Below are positions 43,040-53,543 of a stretch of 64,000 nt of DNA, piece by piece (the first letter of the stretch is position 1; the number at the start of each line of letters is the position of its first letter). The stretch is from an uncultured Acidobacteriota bacterium (GTDB taxonomy: Bacteria > Acidobacteriota > UBA6911). The DNA is taken from the NCBI GenBank assembly GCA_963809485.1, contig CAWEJX010000004.1, positions 256,001 to 320,000 of the forward strand, read 5' to 3'. The position numbers and the translations under genes are program-made. The notes beneath the pieces are model-generated. The model had not been told where the DNA came from and ran no database searches. It saw only the letters and a program-made list of their open reading frames with translations.

Positions 43040-44485
43040 CTAGGAATACGCTGTGCAGATAAATTTCAGGTCGGTAAATTCCTCCATGCCGCACACGGAA
43101 TCTGATTTGCCAATCCCGCTCTCTTTGACATTGCCGCCCCAGGGGAATTCGGGAGCCATTATTCTCGGCATATTGATGAAAACGCTGTCGACGCGAATTT
43201 CGTTGGCCAGCCGCAGCGCTTTGCTTCCGTCTTTTGTCCAGACTCCCGCGCACAACCCATAGCTTGAATCGTTGGCAAGCGTTATTGCTTCGTCCTCTGT
43301 CGAGAACTTCAGGATGGGGGCGGCAGGCCCGAATATTTCTTCCCTCACAATAGTCATATCGTGTTTGCAGTCCGTCACCACCGTAGGCATCAGGAAATAT
43401 CCTTTATCGAGCGGAGGAGTCTTCGGCCGCTCGCCGCCACATACGATCCTGGCGCCTTGTTCCCGCGCAGTTTTGATGTAATATTCCACTTTTTCAAGCT
43501 GCTGGAGGTTGGCCATAGGCCCCATGGTGGTGGATTCTTCCCATGGCAATCCGACTTTGATTTTATTTGCTTCCTCGACAAATACCTCCACGAATCTATC
43601 GTATACCTTTTCCTGAACATAATACCTTCCGGGCGTTGAGCAGTTCTGAGCACTGTTGCCGTAATGCCTTCCCGCCTGCAATCTGGCGGCCTTTTCCACA
43701 TCGGCATCTTCGCATACGATGATCGGATTGTTGCCGCCGAGTTCCATAATGCATTTTTTAACGGTCTGGCTTGCCGCTTGAAGAATCACTTGCCCGGTGT
43801 CGGTCGCTCCCGTGAAACGCACCACATCCACTCCCCGATGAGTGGCAAGTGCATTCCCCACATTTCCGCCCGGACCCGTAACCAGATTCACGACCCCTTT
43901 GGGAAGGTCCGCCTTTTCGAGTATCTCCATGAATTTGACCCCGAGGATGGAATTGACGCTGGCGGGTTTGAGGATGCATGTGTTGCCCGTTACAATTGCC
44001 GGGCCAACCATGCTCAGCATCATCATCAGGGGGACATTCCACGGAGTGATGACGGCGCACACGCCGATCGGCACTCTCTGAAGATATCCGATGGTATTCG
44101 GCATGGACTGAGGCAGAACCTGCCCCATAATACCCCGGCTGATGGAGGCAATATACTCGAGCTGATCCACGGCAGCTGCCGCAAACCCTCTCGCGAGCAT
44201 GACGGGAGTGCCGTGCTCGTTAACTTCAAGGTCAACCAGCTCTTTGGAGTGTTCTTTGACCATAGCCGCGAAACGCAGAATGGCTTTTGCCCTGTCCGCC
44301 TGCATCCTCCTGGACCAGCCGGGCAAAGCTTCATTCGCGGCTTTTACCGCCTCATCTACATCCTCCTTGCCTGCAAGAGGCACTCTTCCAAGTGCTTCCC
44401 CTGTGCTGGGATTTACGGTCGCGAATGTCCTGCCTGATAAGGCATCGACCCATTTGCCGTTGATATACATTTTGCAGTTCAGCAT
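43040..44485 (-). CDS. NAD(P)-dependent aldehyde dehydrogenase
   Basis: ITPWNVP, FTGA, ELGGN, catalytic AQNCS, EEIFGP and PWGG. Confidence 0.93.
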   Translation of the reverse strand: MLNCKMYINGKWVDALSGRTFATVNPSTGEALGRVPLAGKEDVDEAVKAANEALPGWSRRMQADRAKAILRFAAMVKEHSKELVDLEVNEHGTPVMLARGFAAAAVDQLEYIASISRGIMGQVLPQSMPNTIGYLQRVPIGVCAVITPWNVPLMMMLSMVGPAIVTGNTCILKPASVNSILGVKFMEILEKADLPKGVVNLVTGPGGNVGNALATHRGVDVVRFTGATDTGQVILQAASQTVKKCIMELGGNNPIIVCEDADVEKAARLQAGRHYGNSAQNCSTPGRYYVQEKVYDRFVEVFVEEANKIKVGLPWEESTTMGPMANLQQLEKVEYYIKTAREQGARIVCGGERPKTPPLDKGYFLMPTVVTDCKHDMTIVREEIFGPAAPILKFSTEDEAITLANDSSYGLCAGVWTKDGSKALRLANEIRVDSVFINMPRIMAPEFPWGGNVKESGIGKSDSVCGMEEFTDLKFICTAYS

Positions 44486-44599
44486 TTTTGTCTCCGAAAA
44501 TTTGCGTTATATATGCATGGAGTCCATGCACGCCTTGCCCTTAATAGCTATGCTTTATGCACACATACTTCAATTGTGCGTACCCTTCCGGTCCGATGA

Positions 44600-44743
44600 C
44601 CCGCTTTCCATGTCCTGCTCCAGCCATCCCCACTTCTGGGCGGCGCGGCAGCATCCTTCGGCCAGAGCATCGCGGATTCCCGCGTGCCGGGAAGCTGCAT
44701 CCAAAAGAGCTTCGCGGAAGGCCAGTTCGCCCCATTGATCGAT
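44600..44743 (-). pseudogene. Short internal relic of an AOR paralog
   Basis: A minus frame reads DQWGELAFREALLDAASRHAGIRDALAEGCCRAAQKWGWLEQDMESG, matching the AOR segment DHWGELSFRLALLDAIARRAGIGDALAEGCCRAAQKWGRLEIDKESG. Confidence 0.85.
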
Positions 44744-45435
44744 GAGCGAGAGAAAATTGCCTTTTTGCTTTCTCCGGCCTTTTTGGATTTGGGCACAGAG
44801 TGGTCTCTTTCTGAATAATCAACAACATGTAGAATCAGGCCCTATTAATACTCGATCTTAAATGGCATTTTCGAGCATAATCTAACAAATTATGACAAAT
44901 AATAACCAATTTCATAATGTTTCACGATCGAGATTCGACGGTAAGGGCATAACTGCCCCGGCTATATTAAGATAAAATTCAATTCCAACCCGGTTGGCTC
45001 CATTTCTCAAACGACCTGATCACAATAAATAGCCGCTGGCGGCTGAGAAGGGGATGTCCGCAAACTCGGCAAACTCGATCCGGCGGGATTGGAAACATCA
45101 CCCACAATGAATCTTGTCAAGCCTAACCCGGAAGGCGGCGTTGACAATACTGCGGAATTGCCGGCAGGAGCGGCCCGATTGGGCTTGTTCACTTTTCGGG
45201 GGCCAGAATGCCAGCCCGAGGTTAAGCCTAATGGATATACAAACAGGCCGATTTCCTATATCGCCATTTGCAGACAATAATGCGGCGCAAACGAACTGGG
45301 AATCATTTGCGCGAGAGGGCGGTACCTCCACTGCCGAAAAATTTCGAGCAAATCCACACAGGAGCTCTGACCTTTTTCCGGGCATTGGCTTAAAAACGGA
45401 CAGTGGAGATACTGCCCCGATTCCGTCCGGAGTTT

Positions 45436-46128
45436 CTATTTCTTTTTGGGCGGACCAAACGTTTTCAGGTTAACAGGTCCTTCCCAATTAAATTTGGTCA
45501 AATCAAAGTTCTTGACGGTGTCTTGCCGGTCCAGGTTTGGCCCAAGGTACAGCGCATGGAAGAGAACGGGCTTTCTGATGGCTCTGAAATTCAGCGGGCA
45601 ATGCTCCACACCTTTGGGAATGAAGACAACGGTTGTCGAGGTGATGGTATGCTTCTCCATCTCTGGCCCCATCCACAGGTCAATCTCCGCATCGAAGCTT
45701 TTGCACAGGTCCGGCAACTCCGCTCCGAGGAAAATCAAAAATTCATCATATTTGTGGAGGTGGGGAGTTTCCCAGCAAACCGGCGCCTTGAACACCTGCC
45801 ATCCTATGGTGGCGGTTGCCCCGGGCAATGCCGAAGCGCCTCTAAAGTAGGTCTGGGGACTGGCTATTTCCGGAAAGGGAGGCAGGCTGTTGAGGGAAGT
45901 AAAATCATTTGCTTTCGGCGGTTGGCGGTTGTCGCTTAGAAAATACTTCCCATATTTGGTCCCGTCGGCTGACGGTATTGCCTCCGGAGCCGCAAACAAT
46001 CCACTTTGATTGGGCGTCAACGCTTCCCGCAAGGAGCTTGCGAGAGCTATGCTGCCGGCGCCTGCGGCGATATTCTTAACGAATCCTCTGCGTGTCGTAC
46101 CCTTTCCCTTCGTGCGGACATGACTCAT
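45436..46128 (-). CDS. Tat-exported cupin-like protein
   Basis: RRGFVK Tat motif, PHLHKYDEFL, AEIDLWMG-E-EKH and IPKGVEHCPL. Confidence 0.78.
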   Translation of the reverse strand: MSHVRTKGKGTTRRGFVKNIAAGAGSIALASSLREALTPNQSGLFAAPEAIPSADGTKYGKYFLSDNRQPPKANDFTSLNSLPPFPEIASPQTYFRGASALPGATATIGWQVFKAPVCWETPHLHKYDEFLIFLGAELPDLCKSFDAEIDLWMGPEMEKHTITSTTVVFIPKGVEHCPLNFRAIRKPVLFHALYLGPNLDRQDTVKNFDLTKFNWEGPVNLKTFGPPKKK

Positions 46129-46329
46129 GGCTGACTCTCCTTTGTGTGAATTCTCGTCAATAATACCCATGGAATGACCGTGTCATCTTAGCACCGTGTG
46201 GCCAAGGCGATATAGCGGCTTTTGTGATTCTTCAGGCCTTTGAGAAACAGACTCCCCCAGCTTTGAGCGGTGTGCGGATCTTTGTGGAGTCCGGATCCTT
46301 GCCAATGGTTCGTTAAACCGCTTCGTCCT

Positions 46330-46392
46330 GGGTTTCTCGTTTCCCGCAAAAAGCCTTTTTGAACGGGAAACGGGAAACCCGAAACGGGAAAC
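46330..46392. repeat. 7-mer (GGGAAAC) inverted repeat, probable terminator of the XDH-family gene
   Basis: GGGTTTCTCGTTTCCCG-CAAAAAGCCTTTTTG-AA-CGGGAAACGGGAAACCCGAAACGGGAAAC. Confidence 0.7.
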
Positions 46393-46397
46393 GCTTT

Positions 46398-48764
46398 TTA
46401 AGCTTTGCCCAGCGCTTTGAGAACCTTTTCAGGCGTGGCCGGCGGATCGACCCACTTGCCAATAGCGTTTTGAATGGCACAGACGATTAGATACGTGTTC
46501 CCCAACGAATGACTGATGCCGTTGGAACCATAGGCGGCATTGCCGGCGCGGGTTTCCAGCAAATCCATCTCTGTGGGTGCGAGATCCGCAATCGTGGGTT
46601 TTTTGTATTCAAACAGGTTGTTGTTCAATTTCACGCCGGTCGCCTTGTCGTAGAAGTAATCCTCGGCCAATTGGGATCCCTGGCTGAAAAACATTACCTG
46701 GTGGATCTGGCTCTCCAGCGACGTGCGGCGCATGATTTTCCCGGTGTCTGCGACTACGCCGAACCGGAGTATTTCCACTTCCCCGGTTTCCGTGTCTACG
46801 GCGACCTCGCACATGGCCACGTTCATGGTATCCAGCTTTTTGCCCCGGGTAGTCCAGAAGGCTGCCGGCGGCCTTCCTGAGTATGTCGCAAACAGATTGG
46901 CCCGAACAGCCTCTGCGAGCGGAACCGCGATACCGGGGTCGGATTTCACGATCACTTTCCCACCCTGCAGATCCAACTCTTCGGGCTTCCGGCCCTTCAA
47001 GGGACTGGGAGCAGGTTTTTTTGCAGGAGCGCCGAATCCGGCGGGAGCAGGAGGATTATGGGCTTCCTCAACTGCAGCTTCCAGGATCAGCTTTTTCAGT
47101 TTGTGCGCGCACTCTTTCAGCGCCCAGGCAGAAGCGGTTGTCCCGTCGCTGCCTCCCCCATAGGGCCTGTAGATTTCATGGTGATCAAGCCCGGTTTTGA
47201 TATCCTCGTACTCGAGGCCCAGTTCTTCGGCCACTACCATCGCATTCGCTTCCATGATGTAGTTGCCGATTACGGGCCCCTTGGACGGCAGATATACAAC
47301 CCCATTCCTGAGCTCAAGCTTGGGGTTGTAGCCTGAAACGGAATGGCGTGGACACATCTGGTACCGGAAACTTGCCCCGTGCAGCCTGCCGTCGGAAAGC
47401 TTTTTTTCTCCCGTTCCATGCCACTTCCAGTCAAACATCTTCTTTGCAGCCTTGACACATGCTTCATAGCTGGGCACGGGATTGGGATCGGTCTGGGATT
47501 CCGGCCCGTGAAGATTCAGGGTCGCGATGTCGATCGGGTCCTTGCCCAGCTTTTCAGCGATCAGATGTATTCCCATCATCATGGCATCCCAGCCCACCGG
47601 ATCATGCTGGCCGCTGACCCATAGCTTTCCGCGGTTGCTGTCGACGACATCCATATTCTGTTTGACGTTCTGGCACCGGGTGGTGAAATAGGGGCCAAAG
47701 GTCTGTGGCGTGGTGGTACCAAAATTGGAGCTTCCCCGGACCCCGCCGTCCGCAATCGTAAAATCGTCTATCGCCGTAATCAGGCCATCCTTTTTAAACC
47801 CGACCTTCAGATGCATGAAGCGCTGGCTCAATCCGAAATCGTACTGCTCATAGCGGCTGTTGACGCACCGGACCGGCCTTCCGGTTCTTCTGGCGAGCAG
47901 CGGGGTAACCAGCTGGGTTTTGCGGATACCCCAGTCGCAGTACCTGCCGCCCACGAACATGCACTCCTGAAAGACCTTTTCCGCCGGCATTCGGTACAGG
48001 CCGACCACCTGGTCGTGTCCCCATGGAGCTCCTTCGATTCTCAGGCTCTTTCCTTCACCGTGGTATGGATCATCGAACCACCAGGCGACAGAACCGACAG
48101 GGTTCGGGATATGGCTGGAAAAGGTGGAGGAATTCATGTTGTATTCGATAATATGATCCGCCTCCCTGAAACCGGCTTCGATATCGCCTTCGCTGGTATT
48201 GGAGTAGGAGACATTCCCTTTCTTGGGAGGATTCTTACCTCCCCCCATTCCCGGCCCTCCCGTACTGCCGCCTCCACCCGGAGAAGCCGGGCGAATTACC
48301 GGCGCATCCGGTTTTCTCCCCTCGAGCAGGTCAACGACGTGCGGCAGCACCTCCCATTTGACATCGAGCTGCCTTAAAGCCTCTTCGCAGATGTCTTCAT
48401 TTTCGGCCACGACAATTACCGCGACCTCGGCCCCTTCCTGGTCTGCGATGTTGTCAAGAAAAGGCTGGGCAGGGCCTCTGGATCCACTGCCGGAGCTCAG
48501 GTTTTTGATGTCCTCATCTTCCCATGTAACGACATCGACCACTCCCTGTATCTTCCTGGCCTTTGCGGTATCCACGCTGACAACCTTTGCATTCGCGTAG
48601 GGGCTCCTCAAAAATTTCGCGTGGAGCATATCCGGAAAAACATAATCTGCTCCGTATTTTGCGATTCCTGAGGCTATTGCATGAGACAGCCTGCCGGGAA
48701 CGCTGGGCTTTCCCAAAACCCTGAAATTTTCTCTCTGTCCGTTGACTCCTTCAATGTCCGCCAT
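46398..48764 (-). CDS. Xanthine dehydrogenase-family molybdopterin-binding subunit (intact, 788 aa)
   Basis: MLHAKFLRSPYANA, GDIEAGFREAD, TGRPVR, AEELG and EVAVDTETGEV...PATPEKVLKALG. Confidence 0.92.
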   Translation of the reverse strand: MADIEGVNGQRENFRVLGKPSVPGRLSHAIASGIAKYGADYVFPDMLHAKFLRSPYANAKVVSVDTAKARKIQGVVDVVTWEDEDIKNLSSGSGSRGPAQPFLDNIADQEGAEVAVIVVAENEDICEEALRQLDVKWEVLPHVVDLLEGRKPDAPVIRPASPGGGGSTGGPGMGGGKNPPKKGNVSYSNTSEGDIEAGFREADHIIEYNMNSSTFSSHIPNPVGSVAWWFDDPYHGEGKSLRIEGAPWGHDQVVGLYRMPAEKVFQECMFVGGRYCDWGIRKTQLVTPLLARRTGRPVRCVNSRYEQYDFGLSQRFMHLKVGFKKDGLITAIDDFTIADGGVRGSSNFGTTTPQTFGPYFTTRCQNVKQNMDVVDSNRGKLWVSGQHDPVGWDAMMMGIHLIAEKLGKDPIDIATLNLHGPESQTDPNPVPSYEACVKAAKKMFDWKWHGTGEKKLSDGRLHGASFRYQMCPRHSVSGYNPKLELRNGVVYLPSKGPVIGNYIMEANAMVVAEELGLEYEDIKTGLDHHEIYRPYGGGSDGTTASAWALKECAHKLKKLILEAAVEEAHNPPAPAGFGAPAKKPAPSPLKGRKPEELDLQGGKVIVKSDPGIAVPLAEAVRANLFATYSGRPPAAFWTTRGKKLDTMNVAMCEVAVDTETGEVEILRFGVVADTGKIMRRTSLESQIHQVMFFSQGSQLAEDYFYDKATGVKLNNNLFEYKKPTIADLAPTEMDLLETRAGNAAYGSNGISHSLGNTYLIVCAIQNAIGKWVDPPATPEKVLKALGKA

Positions 48765-49141
48765 TTCATGCTCCTTTCACTACGCCCGCCGCCTATGCGA
48801 TGGCGGCCGGATGGCCGGGATGGGCCGCGCAACAGCAGATATTGCCGGCCAGGGCTTGTATGCAAACTTCTTATAATGAATAAATCCAGATGGCGATTCC
48901 CAAATTGGACAGTCTGCGCTGTAATTGGATATTCAAAGACTCAAAGAGTGTGTCACCGGAGAAATGCCGGACGCAAGCCTTTTTTGAAAGCAGTAGCCTT
49001 ATTGCAGCAATTGCGCTTCGATGGCCGGTTGCCGGTATCTTGAGTTTTTCATTTTCCCGTAGAACAGGCCGCTGACGCAAGCCGGCGGTTAGCGTCCCTC
49101 GGCATAGGTCAGCAGCCACATTCATACTGCGGCGCCTGCAC

Positions 49142-49176
49142 AATTGCCTGAAGCGAAAAATTCGGTTCAGGCAATT
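49142..49176. promoter_or_regulatory. Long inverted repeat in a divergent intergenic region
   Basis: AATTGCCTGAA-gCGAAaaaTTCGg-TTCAGGCAATT, with perfect 11-bp outer arms. Confidence 0.5.
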
Positions 49177-49264
49177 CTCAAAATGATTTATTGTCTGCTT
49201 AGGACATTAAATATAACTACGTTGCCTTTTAACCGTTGATCCCTGGTAAAAAGGAGAAAATGCC

Positions 49265-49864
49265 ATGCGTATCGCCAAAAAAGAAAAACAGACATCGTCG
49301 AGAAGAAAATTTTTCAGGGACGCAGCAGCCGGAATTGCAGGCGCGGCTGTTTTGGGTTCGCTATCCTGCAGCCAAGGGAATCCGCCCGTCAGTGAAGCTC
49401 CAAAAGCCGAGCCGAAAAACCATGCCATGACCAGAGAGGAGTTTCTGGAATACGTTGCCTGTTTCAACCGCAAGGATTTTGAGGCGGTTGCAGGCTATTT
49501 CACGCCTGACATAACCGTGGAGTATTACGACAATGCCACCGGCCCCCGCGTGGAGCCCAGGACGCTCCACGGCCCCAAGGAGTTTATAGAAAACTACAAA
49601 GCGCTTACTGCCATGGTGAAAGAAGTCCTGGAGCTCCGGGATTATCTGTCCACCGAAGACCGGGTGTTTGCGGAACTCTATACGGAATTTCACCCCTACA
49701 ATGATTCCAAGCCGGTCAAGGGCCGGCAGCAGTGGAAAAAGGGCGAGCCCGTGCTTTCGACCAACTGGGTCATGTACGACATGAAGGACGGCAAAATGGG
49801 CCGCATACGGATCGCGCATTGGCGGCTTCACGATTCCAGGACCGCAAAATACTCGCTGGATTAG
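49265..49864 (+). CDS. Tat (lipo)protein with SnoaL/NTF2-like domain
   Basis: SRRKFF Tat motif, LSC lipobox-like segment, YVACFNRKDFEAVAGYFTPD, and C-terminal YDMKDGKM-RIRI. Confidence 0.78.
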   Translation: MRIAKKEKQTSSRRKFFRDAAAGIAGAAVLGSLSCSQGNPPVSEAPKAEPKNHAMTREEFLEYVACFNRKDFEAVAGYFTPDITVEYYDNATGPRVEPRTLHGPKEFIENYKALTAMVKEVLELRDYLSTEDRVFAELYTEFHPYNDSKPVKGRQQWKKGEPVLSTNWVMYDMKDGKMGRIRIAHWRLHDSRTAKYSLD

Positions 49865-50340
49865 CAGGTGGATCCGTCACCTGTAGCCCAGGCGCGAAAA
49901 GAATAACCATAATGCGCGTCGCCGTGCAGCTTGAGGGGGGATGGCCGCGGGGGGAGACGCACCGATTTTAGCGTCAAAGCAACGAGCTTCCTGGAAAAGC
50001 TTAGTGACGTTTTGCCGCGCACCATCCTCCCGTTTAATGGCCGAAACATCGAGGAAGCTGTCGCCATGTAATCAACCACCGCTTTAGGCGTGGATTTGGC
50101 CTGCTCCGCACAGCGGATCGATCACGCATCGGATGGACCCGCTGGGGCCTTTCCCATCGGGAAAACCTTTGGACTTGAGCATCAAATAATTAGGAAGCGC
50201 CTCATCGGCTTTTGCTCGCCGACCCTCGCCGAACAAATCGGTGTCTGTCAGCGCTTTTGTCAGCGTATCTCAGCGTTTCAAAATGCAGAGCTGTCAAACT
50301 CTATGAGTCTCCCGGCAGAGCCGGGGGTTTACCAATAGAA

Positions 50341-50835
50341 TTACTTTCGTCGGGTCCATTCTTCCCTGGTGATCTCAAGCTCGCCTTTATCCTTCACATT
50401 CCTGTTGATAAAGCCCAGCGACAGGAGGGGCGCGAGCTGCGCGGCGTGGTCTGAGGCATTGTTCGTGATCACCGACAGCACACCTTCGGCGTCGAAACAA
50501 TGCTGAATGAGAGCCTCGATGCCCTCCCGGCCATGATCGTTGTCTTGATATTTCGACAGGATCACATGTCCCAGGTTCAGCTGCTTCCCGTCGTCGATTC
50601 CATTGATCACCAGCAAACCTACCACCTTGCCGGATCCGCGCAGGCACATCGCGATATACTTGTCCCTCGTCGACATATACTCCACGGACTTCCTGGACGC
50701 CTCCTCGGAAGTCGGCCATTTGTCGAACTCCGGGCCGGGCGCAGCTTTCCAGTCAAGAGACAACTCCTGGAAATCCCGCCAGTCGTCGGCAGTGAAAGGT
50801 CTCAGGACGAGCCGCTTCGTCTCAATCCTCCGCAT
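50341..50835 (-). CDS. GNAT family (RimJ/RimL-like) N-acetyltransferase
   Basis: IETKRLVLRPF, LGHVILSKYQ-NDHGRE and LSLGF. Confidence 0.8.
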   Translation of the reverse strand: MRRIETKRLVLRPFTADDWRDFQELSLDWKAAPGPEFDKWPTSEEASRKSVEYMSTRDKYIAMCLRGSGKVVGLLVINGIDDGKQLNLGHVILSKYQDNDHGREGIEALIQHCFDAEGVLSVITNNASDHAAQLAPLLSLGFINRNVKDKGELEITREEWTRRK

Positions 50836-50906
50836 GCTGTCCCTCCTTTATTAGCATGGGTACAATATCCTTTTCCCCATGTCGGCACCCTGGCAGAAAT
50901 AGGGAA

Positions 50907-51869
50907 TCAGGCAGCTTGTACCCGCAACTTGCTGCATAGCTTTTCAAGGGATTTCAGTCCCGCTTCCTCAGCTTTGATTGCATTTCTTAAATGTGCAATT
51001 GCCTTTTCGCTGAGCTCCGAGTTTTTGATGGGCTCGTTCGCAGTATGGAGATGAATTGGAAAAAGTTCAGCTACCTTGTGCAGGCTATCACGCTCAGTTT
51101 CATAATGGCCGGCTGCCTCATCGAACAGTCTGTTTGTTTCGCCGCCGATGCGCTCTTTTGCTTCCTTCAGGAATTGAACTCCGAACGTGCGGCACTCGGC
51201 CCAACAACCCGCATTCAGCGCCGTACCTATCGTGCTGGCGGTACCGGCTTCCAGCGCTTTGATCCAGTTTTCGAAACCATTCGTGCCCTGCTGATCATTT
51301 TGGGATTGCTTCAGCACGAATTCAATGGATTCCCTGACGGCTTGGGTATCAGCTGCGGCTTTTCCAGGCCTGACAGTGTACATTTCCAGCAAGCCGACGC
51401 TGTCGCCGAGTTCATCCCACTTTCGGGGCTTCATCAACTGAAACGCGGAAGCGCCGCCTGAAAACCAGTATCCAACATCATTATATCCGTTGACGACAAA
51501 GTACTCCGGCCCTGCAAGATCGAAACCGAAACAGGGCATCTCCCGGTCGATTGCCGCTCTGCACAATTCCCAGGCTTTCTTCCGCTTCTCATCAAAATCG
51601 CGGTCGGTTTTTAGTCCGGATATTCCTTCGGCAACAAAGCCGATATTGTTCCCGAGTTTAAAAAGCATTTGTGAATTCTGCGCGTCCCACGCAGTAGGCC
51701 CGCTCGGTCACGCACCTTTTGGCAAATTCAATGCGAAGGCGTGTCCGGTAGCCCCATACAGCCAGGCGTCCGAAACATCCAGTTTCAAGTATTCAAGACA
51801 GCCCTTTATGCAGCCGAGGAACGATATCCATCTCGGCTGCCATTTCAAATTTTCCAGCTTCTTTTCCAT
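50907..51869 (-). CDS. Hypothetical 320-aa protein with in-frame TGA (candidate selenoprotein, Sec54)
   Basis: GGGAG RBS and ATG at 51869. It reads MEKKLENLKW...GCIKGCLEYL...ATGHAFALNLPKGA-U-PSGPTAW...QMLFKL, in frame with ORF 50907-51668. Confidence 0.75.
51678..51694 (-). promoter_or_regulatory. Putative SECIS hairpin
   Basis: On the minus strand CTGCG-TGGGACG-CGCAG begins 13 nt after the TGA at 51710-51708, with a G-rich apical loop. Confidence 0.62.
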
Positions 51870-52150
51870 ACTTGTCTCCCTTCAAGCAGACAGGCGGAAC
51901 AAGCCGCATCTTCTGGAAATCCTTCGGCGCCGTCCCTCTGATCGGAAGTCTTAGTTGTTTAGAAGCTTGTTCCCTAAAGCTCAAAAATGCCGATTTTAGG
52001 TGAATTTTACTACCATATCGCGGCGTGGGGGCAGAAATTCGTGTGCAGCAGTTGCCTGCTCATTTAAAGCTCCTCCCGGTCTCCCGTATCGCGGCGGCAT
52101 TGGGACCAAAAAACATTCGCGTTAGTTCGCAGCTGCTCCTGATCAAAAAA

Positions 52151-53032
52151 CTATTTGCACGCCGGTTCGTCCGGCCAGCCTATCGTTTTGTATTCTTTGC
52201 TGTACTCAAAATATGCCTGGATCCACTGTACCTGGCCGTTTCTCATCTTGAACATGTGGAAGTCGGGCCAGACGTTGTTAAAAAGGGTGTATGCAACCAC
52301 GACACCAGTTTCGACATCTGCAAGGAATCGCCGGGGGCTGTGTGTCATGTCGGCGAAGCCCACTGGCGAACAATTGTGCGCAGGCATTGTCACCCCCTGA
52401 TTTGTTCCCCCTTTGGTTGTCTGCATGCCGTTTTCCCACCGGTCGCAGAAATTGGCGAAGGGAAGAACGGCGACTTTCCGCGGTTGCTTTTGGACGAACA
52501 ACTCAAAATAATCGTCGGCCGCGGCCAGCATCGTCAGGCGGGAACTCCGCTGCTCGGGTGGAAGGATCTCTTCCCAATCCTGGTCTTTTGTATTTAAAAT
52601 GGCCGGAACGTCGAGCACTTCCTTTCCGCGAACAACAATGGCCTCGATCTCGGAAATCTTGTCCCGGTCGAATTTGAGGCGAACGCCGTAAAGCATCGGC
52701 TTGCCGTTTTCATCAATTATTGCTTGCGTATGCGTTCCGCATTTCTGGGTGTCGATCATGCCACGTTTGAACGTCAGTTTGCCCGCGGTTTCCCAAGAAC
52801 CTTTTCCTACCGCAACATCGATGCCGTTTTCTGTGTATCTCGCGCCGGAAGCGAGCGGCAGGCTGGATGGATTATGAGCTTCAAGAGCGGCAAAGAACTT
52901 GTCGGTGATGCCTTTCAGGCCTTCGCGTGTGCAAGCCTGGCCGCTTGATTGCGCCATTGCCGCTGCATGGCTTCCCAAAACCAACAAGCAAATTGATCCC
53001 CCTAATAGGGCCCATCGCAGTATGCTTTTCAT
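52151..53032 (-). CDS. Secreted protein of an uncharacterised family (paralog of 33027-34129)
   Basis: Signal peptide from MKSILRW, CTREGL, RYTENG, EIEAIV and CDRWENG. Confidence 0.75.
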   Translation of the reverse strand: MKSILRWALLGGSICLLVLGSHAAAMAQSSGQACTREGLKGITDKFFAALEAHNPSSLPLASGARYTENGIDVAVGKGSWETAGKLTFKRGMIDTQKCGTHTQAIIDENGKPMLYGVRLKFDRDKISEIEAIVVRGKEVLDVPAILNTKDQDWEEILPPEQRSSRLTMLAAADDYFELFVQKQPRKVAVLPFANFCDRWENGMQTTKGGTNQGVTMPAHNCSPVGFADMTHSPRRFLADVETGVVVAYTLFNNVWPDFHMFKMRNGQVQWIQAYFEYSKEYKTIGWPDEPACK

Positions 53033-53543
53033 TATGGAATCCTCCTGACTTGGTTCATCTGGATCCGATATCCCCGCGGAAAAGAACTCTTCGCACTCGT
53101 CGAGCTCAAATTCCCGGAAACAGCAAATCCACATCGAGACATAGGCCAGATCGTTGTGCCCCGCGTCTGTCGTGAAACTGCAAATCCGCTCCACGCCGGC
53201 CTCAAAGTTTGTATATCCTACTACAAAAAAGACTATGCCGATATTAGGAAGCCATTCCGGCCTGCAGCAAAATCGCATTCGAAGAAATGCCAAAGCTCCA
53301 AGAGAATTGATAGAACATTTATAATTGATATCGGAAATGGGGACACTTTCTGGATTTGTATCCGGATGGATTTTAGTCAGAGGCCGGACACGTCAAAGAT
53401 CTCCATTGCACCGTCCATGCAATCCGATATTCTACGGGTGGCCACCAAAGAAAACTCCGATCCATAGATGGAATGTAAAAAACAGGAGGCCGGGGGCGTC
53501 ATTTTCCCCAGCCTCCAAATACCGGTACCGGGTTGGGTATCAG

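Noticed and set aside
53033-53293. 87-aa N-terminal extension of ORF 52151-53293
   Set aside because: An RBS and signal peptide start at 53032, and the extension has no recognisable features.
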